From assembly GCA_050084515.1 (NCBI GenBank), contig CM114271.1, positions 32,178,001 through 32,242,000 of the forward strand: a stretch of DNA of 64,000 nucleotides. The letters are read 5' to 3'. This DNA comes from Blasia pusilla (Eukaryota). A program made the position numbers and the translations under genes. Numbering within the stretch: position 1 is the first letter of the stretch; the number at the start of each line of letters is the position of its first letter. This document shows, piece after piece, positions 60,051-64,000 of this stretch. The notes under the pieces were generated by a model, which saw only the letters and a list, made by a program, of their open reading frames with translations, ran no database searches and was not told where the DNA came from.

Positions 60051-63000
60051 AAGCCTGCGGTACCACGCGCCAAGCTTGGATCCACGAAATCCCATCTCGT
60101 TCGGAAGATGACATGGCGCACAATTGCGCACATGATCCTTCCAAACCATACCATCTCGTCCCTCCAACATGAGGACTCGGTCGGTAATACCTCGCGCACA
60201 CGTAGGATCGTGGCCTGCGATGACATCTAGCGTCGTGGGTGCCGCTGCTTTGTAAATACACGTAATCTCCGAGGATGAAACCTCCTAATCCCTGGGCGAT
60301 AACCTCCTCCACGAATGGTCGCGTACCTCAATGTATCTCTATCTTTGGGCAATAGCTAAGTTCTCAAAGGCCATAGGCATAACTCTACGAAAAACTTCTG
60401 CCCTTTGAGAACATGCTTGCACCCACACATCTGGATCATCAAGATCTAACACCTCCGCCATGTCACGTCAAATCGCTGCAGGTAAATCGGCTCTCTCCCA
60501 AAGAGCAAAAGTACGGTGAAAATGACGCCAAGGATGCTGCCGACTAAAGGGATAACCCATAGCCAACCATGGCAAGCTGTGGAGGTCCCACTCCCTCAAT
60601 TGTCCTCGCCGCAAGCCATACTTGCGCAATCCTCTCTTCACCGTCTGTACCACTCTCTCCGCCAATCCATACGCCTCGGGATGATCCTAGGCGTGGTGCG
60701 GTGATCTATCGGCCTTTGATCACACAAGGCACTGAAACTCTCCCCTGAACTCGGTACCTGGTCGGTCAACACCTCCGGTGCACCAAAGTGACTAAGCACC
60801 ACGATCTAGAAACGCATAAAATTTGTTCCTCGCTCGCCTTGTCGGTAGTGCCACCAACTCTATCCACTTGGAGAAATGCTCCACCATGACCAACACGTAC
60901 CTATGATGACGCCCTGTCAATGGCAAAGGTCCCAAAGTCTAAACTCCACCGATAACCTAAACCCATAATCGGCAAAGGATGTAACTGCGGAGTGGGAGCA
61001 TTGAAGGATGCTCGCACTCTATCACATACCATACATCCGGCCCTGGCTGCTGTACCCGGTATGCATGCGCGCCACCAATCTTGAACACAGAGTAAGTTGT
61101 AAAGGTACGCTTTACTCGAAATGTCCCAACTCCTCATGGGCATGTCGCACTACACGTGCTCGCTGGGAAGGATGAGGTACCACTCGTATCCTACCATCTC
61201 CCCATATCCGCAAAATGTGAGTCCCCTCCCACCTGAACCTCTTGGCTCTCTATAGGATCCGATCCCGCTCCCTACCACTCACTGTACTCGCAATGACGCC
61301 AGTGCGCAAGAAGTCCACAACCTCCACGTCGTCATGGATATCACGACCACCTGTCGCCTCCTCACTGACCTCTGGATCCAAAGACTCATCATCCAACCCC
61401 ACCTGTGGAGTCATCACATGTGGCTGACCTGCCATAGTCAACCAACAAACATAGGCAGATGCATGCCAACCGGGCACCATCTCCTCATCACTCTCTGCGT
61501 GCCATCGAGCTCCCGTGACGTCTCTCTGACTCGGACATGGGTTACGACTCAACCCATCCGCATCCTGGTTCAGCCGACCTAGCCTATGAACCACCTCAAA
61601 CTCATACTCCTGTAGTAATAGAGCCCATCTGGCAAGCTTTCCAGTAAGCTTGTCGGACTCCATCAACCACCTCAACGGCTGATGATCAATGATAAGTGTG
61701 AAAGGGTTGCCAAATAAATAGCACCTAAAATGTGCCACGGCCCACACTGCAGCCAAGCACTCTCCCTCATAGGAGTTGTACTTCGCCTCTGCAATGTTGT
61801 TCGATCGACTCGCATAAGCCACAACGAACTCCCTCTCCTCGTCATCCCTCTGGGTAAGCACTGCTCCTAGACCCAACATGCTCCAATCCGTATGTAATCG
61901 AATGGGCGACCCCTAACCGATCTCTGTAAAATGGGTGAGGGCGTCAACTGTCCTTGAGCTCTGAAATGCTCGCTCCCGATCATCTCCCCACAACCACACG
62001 ATCAAGTCTCGTCAACAAGGTCAAAGACTTTGCGATCGCACTAAAACCCTTGACATACCTGTCGATAGAAGTTCGCCACCCAAGAAATGCTCGGACTCGA
62101 CTCTCATCATCGTAGGGCGTGGAATCTGCGCAATAGCCTCTACCTTCGTCTGCCTGAACGCCTAACCCACTCGGGTATATGGTGTGTCCCAAGTACTCAA
62201 TCTGCTCTGGAAGAATCTGACTTGCCTGGATGTAACTTCAGTCCATGTAAGCTGCAATCGCGAAACACCTCCTCCAAGTGTCGCTCATGCTCCTCAACCG
62301 TGGGAATCAAGATAAGAATATCATCTATGTAACATCGTACAAAATCCAAGCCCGTAATCCTATCCATCACTCTCTGAAACTCCGCAGGAGCGTTCTTCAA
62401 CCCAAATGGTAAGAACCGCCACTGATACAAGCAATCTCTCCCGAACCGATCTATCCCCCAGAATGTTGTCTTCTCCCTGTCCTCCAACCTGATAGGAAGC
62501 TTATGATAGCCAGCACGGAGATCTAAAGTACTGAAGATCTTTGCATGCCCTACCGCATCAAAGATCTCCTCAGGAGTAGGCATGGCATACCGATCTGACC
62601 TCGTTTGTCGGTTGATATGACGGTAATCTCCACACATCCGCCTATCCGTCCAATTGCCATACATATCCTTCTTTTGGGCATGACTGTGGCAGATGCATAC
62701 TCCCCATGTGACAACTCCACAAGTCCTGCCTCCAACAAGTCCTGACTCCTGCTCTGAATCAAGGCTCGCTCCATATCAGAATATCTATAGGGTCGATGAA
62801 AGATTGGCGTATCACTAGCCAACTCAATCCGTATCTCGGGACCCTTCAGCGTACCCAAGTCTCTCATACTGAAGGCAAAACAACTGACATGCCCTCTCAG
62901 AAACCTATGAACTTGCCGTCGCTCTCCTCCTATCAACTTGAGACCTATCACAGGCTCCCAAGTCTCCATCGTAACCTCACTCGGAGAGGACGCAACCTCC

Positions 63001-63269
63001 GGCTTTGGTTGCTATGTAGCAACCCTAGCCACCTCCGCAACAACCACTCCACTCTGACCTCCTACACCATGGTCCACATCCGAAAAATGAACATGTGCTA
63101 CTCTAGCCGCCTTCGCACTCTCTCGAACGGCGCCCCGGGAAGTCCATGGGTGCCTATCTCTCCTCGTCTCGCCCTTGACCAATGCCTCAGAGACTTCAGA
63201 GGCGGTGGTCCAACTAAATGGGCGTGGCGGCATGGATGACACTCGCATCCGTCTCGCTCCACCCCATAC

Positions 63270-64000
63270 CTAGGTGACTATCCATGTGAGACAGTTGAGG
63301 TCCATCGCTTTGCCCCAACACTGTCTCCATGATGCCTCGGTCATCCTCGGCACCGCCGTGGTACCGTAGTGAACCCCATGGCGCTCGCGCTCATCTTGTA
63401 GGCTCCTCCAATACTCCGGTCACCTCATCCCAAATCATGGCTGGTCCTCCCGGACGAAAGGCATGGGATCTTTGGGAAGCTCACCAACGAGGTAAGGCTG
63501 CCCTCAACTCCCCACCCTATTGGCCGTGGCCAACAGTGGTCTATCATCGCGTGTCACCACCTGAGATCGACGCCCTGAGTCCAAAATAGCATCCACCGTG
63601 AGATGTGATGCTCTTTGGACTCCACTGTAGGCTCGACTCAGTACCTCTAATGGTATCAAGTTCGTCCACCACAGTCGTGGACGATGGGCACGTGACCCAA
63701 CTCTCGCTGTATCTAACAACACAGCCGGTCCCAACCAGGACCTCACCTGATGTACACTCGTCATCACACGTGCACGAGTATCTCCCAACAACGGTACGTT
63801 CTCCAAAATGTACGTTGGAGAACATATCTGACTCTGCTGCAAGTGTCGTACTACTCGCAGCATCTCCCAAAACATTCCTGACCTCGGATCCTGCAATCCA
63901 AATCCTCGGCCAGATGATGAATGACCCTGACATGGCCATCCAGCAATCACCAAATGAATGGTGCCAACTCTATCCAGATCCTGCGCCCCCACCAAAGATA
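63270..64000 (-). pseudogene. C5-cytosine DNA methyltransferase domain within Gypsy pol; N-terminal part outside the window
   Basis: Motif IV LVIAGWPCQGHS, DPRSGMF, motif VI YILENV, motif VIII AHRPRLWWTN; after frameshifts, motif IX ERER.MGF (~63372-63395) and motif X GKAMDLNCL (~63290-63316). Confidence 0.9.

Larger units (their letters stand above)
59069..64000 (-). mobile_element. Ty3/Gypsy element with a C5 DNA methyltransferase and a PHD finger; continues beyond the window
   Basis: 3' LTR 59069-59689 (TG...CA); PPT at 59830-59840; RT LDLRAGYH, LPFGLKNAP, YIDD; RNase H GLGAVL...YASR...SYEGECLA; integrase WSLDF and AERVVQTVK; DNMT upstream of RT. Confidence 0.9.

Overview
Eukaryotic, repeat-dense window. 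The one host gene, a spliced receptor-like pseudokinase at 29604-31753, points to a plant/streptophyte, probably non-seed; this taxonomy is inferred. Most of the window is nested retrotransposons: three families of RTEX-like LINEs, two Copia elements, two near-identical solo LTRs and two Ty3/Gypsy elements. Two DNA-methyltransferase-related systems stand out. (1) A Gypsy element (59069 to beyond the window end) carries a C5-cytosine methyltransferase domain upstream of RT and a PHD finger after integrase. (2) A decayed, spliced minus-strand gene (~37558-47150) contains both halves of a beta-class N4C/N6A methyltransferase-like domain. It is split by a LINE-filled intron, decorated with about 15 copies of a 29-bp palindrome (TGCAACCCGTCGGAnTCCGACGGGTTGCA), and lies convergent to a Mutator-like transposase remnant. 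All domain calls come from motif recognition by eye. Many frameshifts sit at homopolymers and may be assembly errors.
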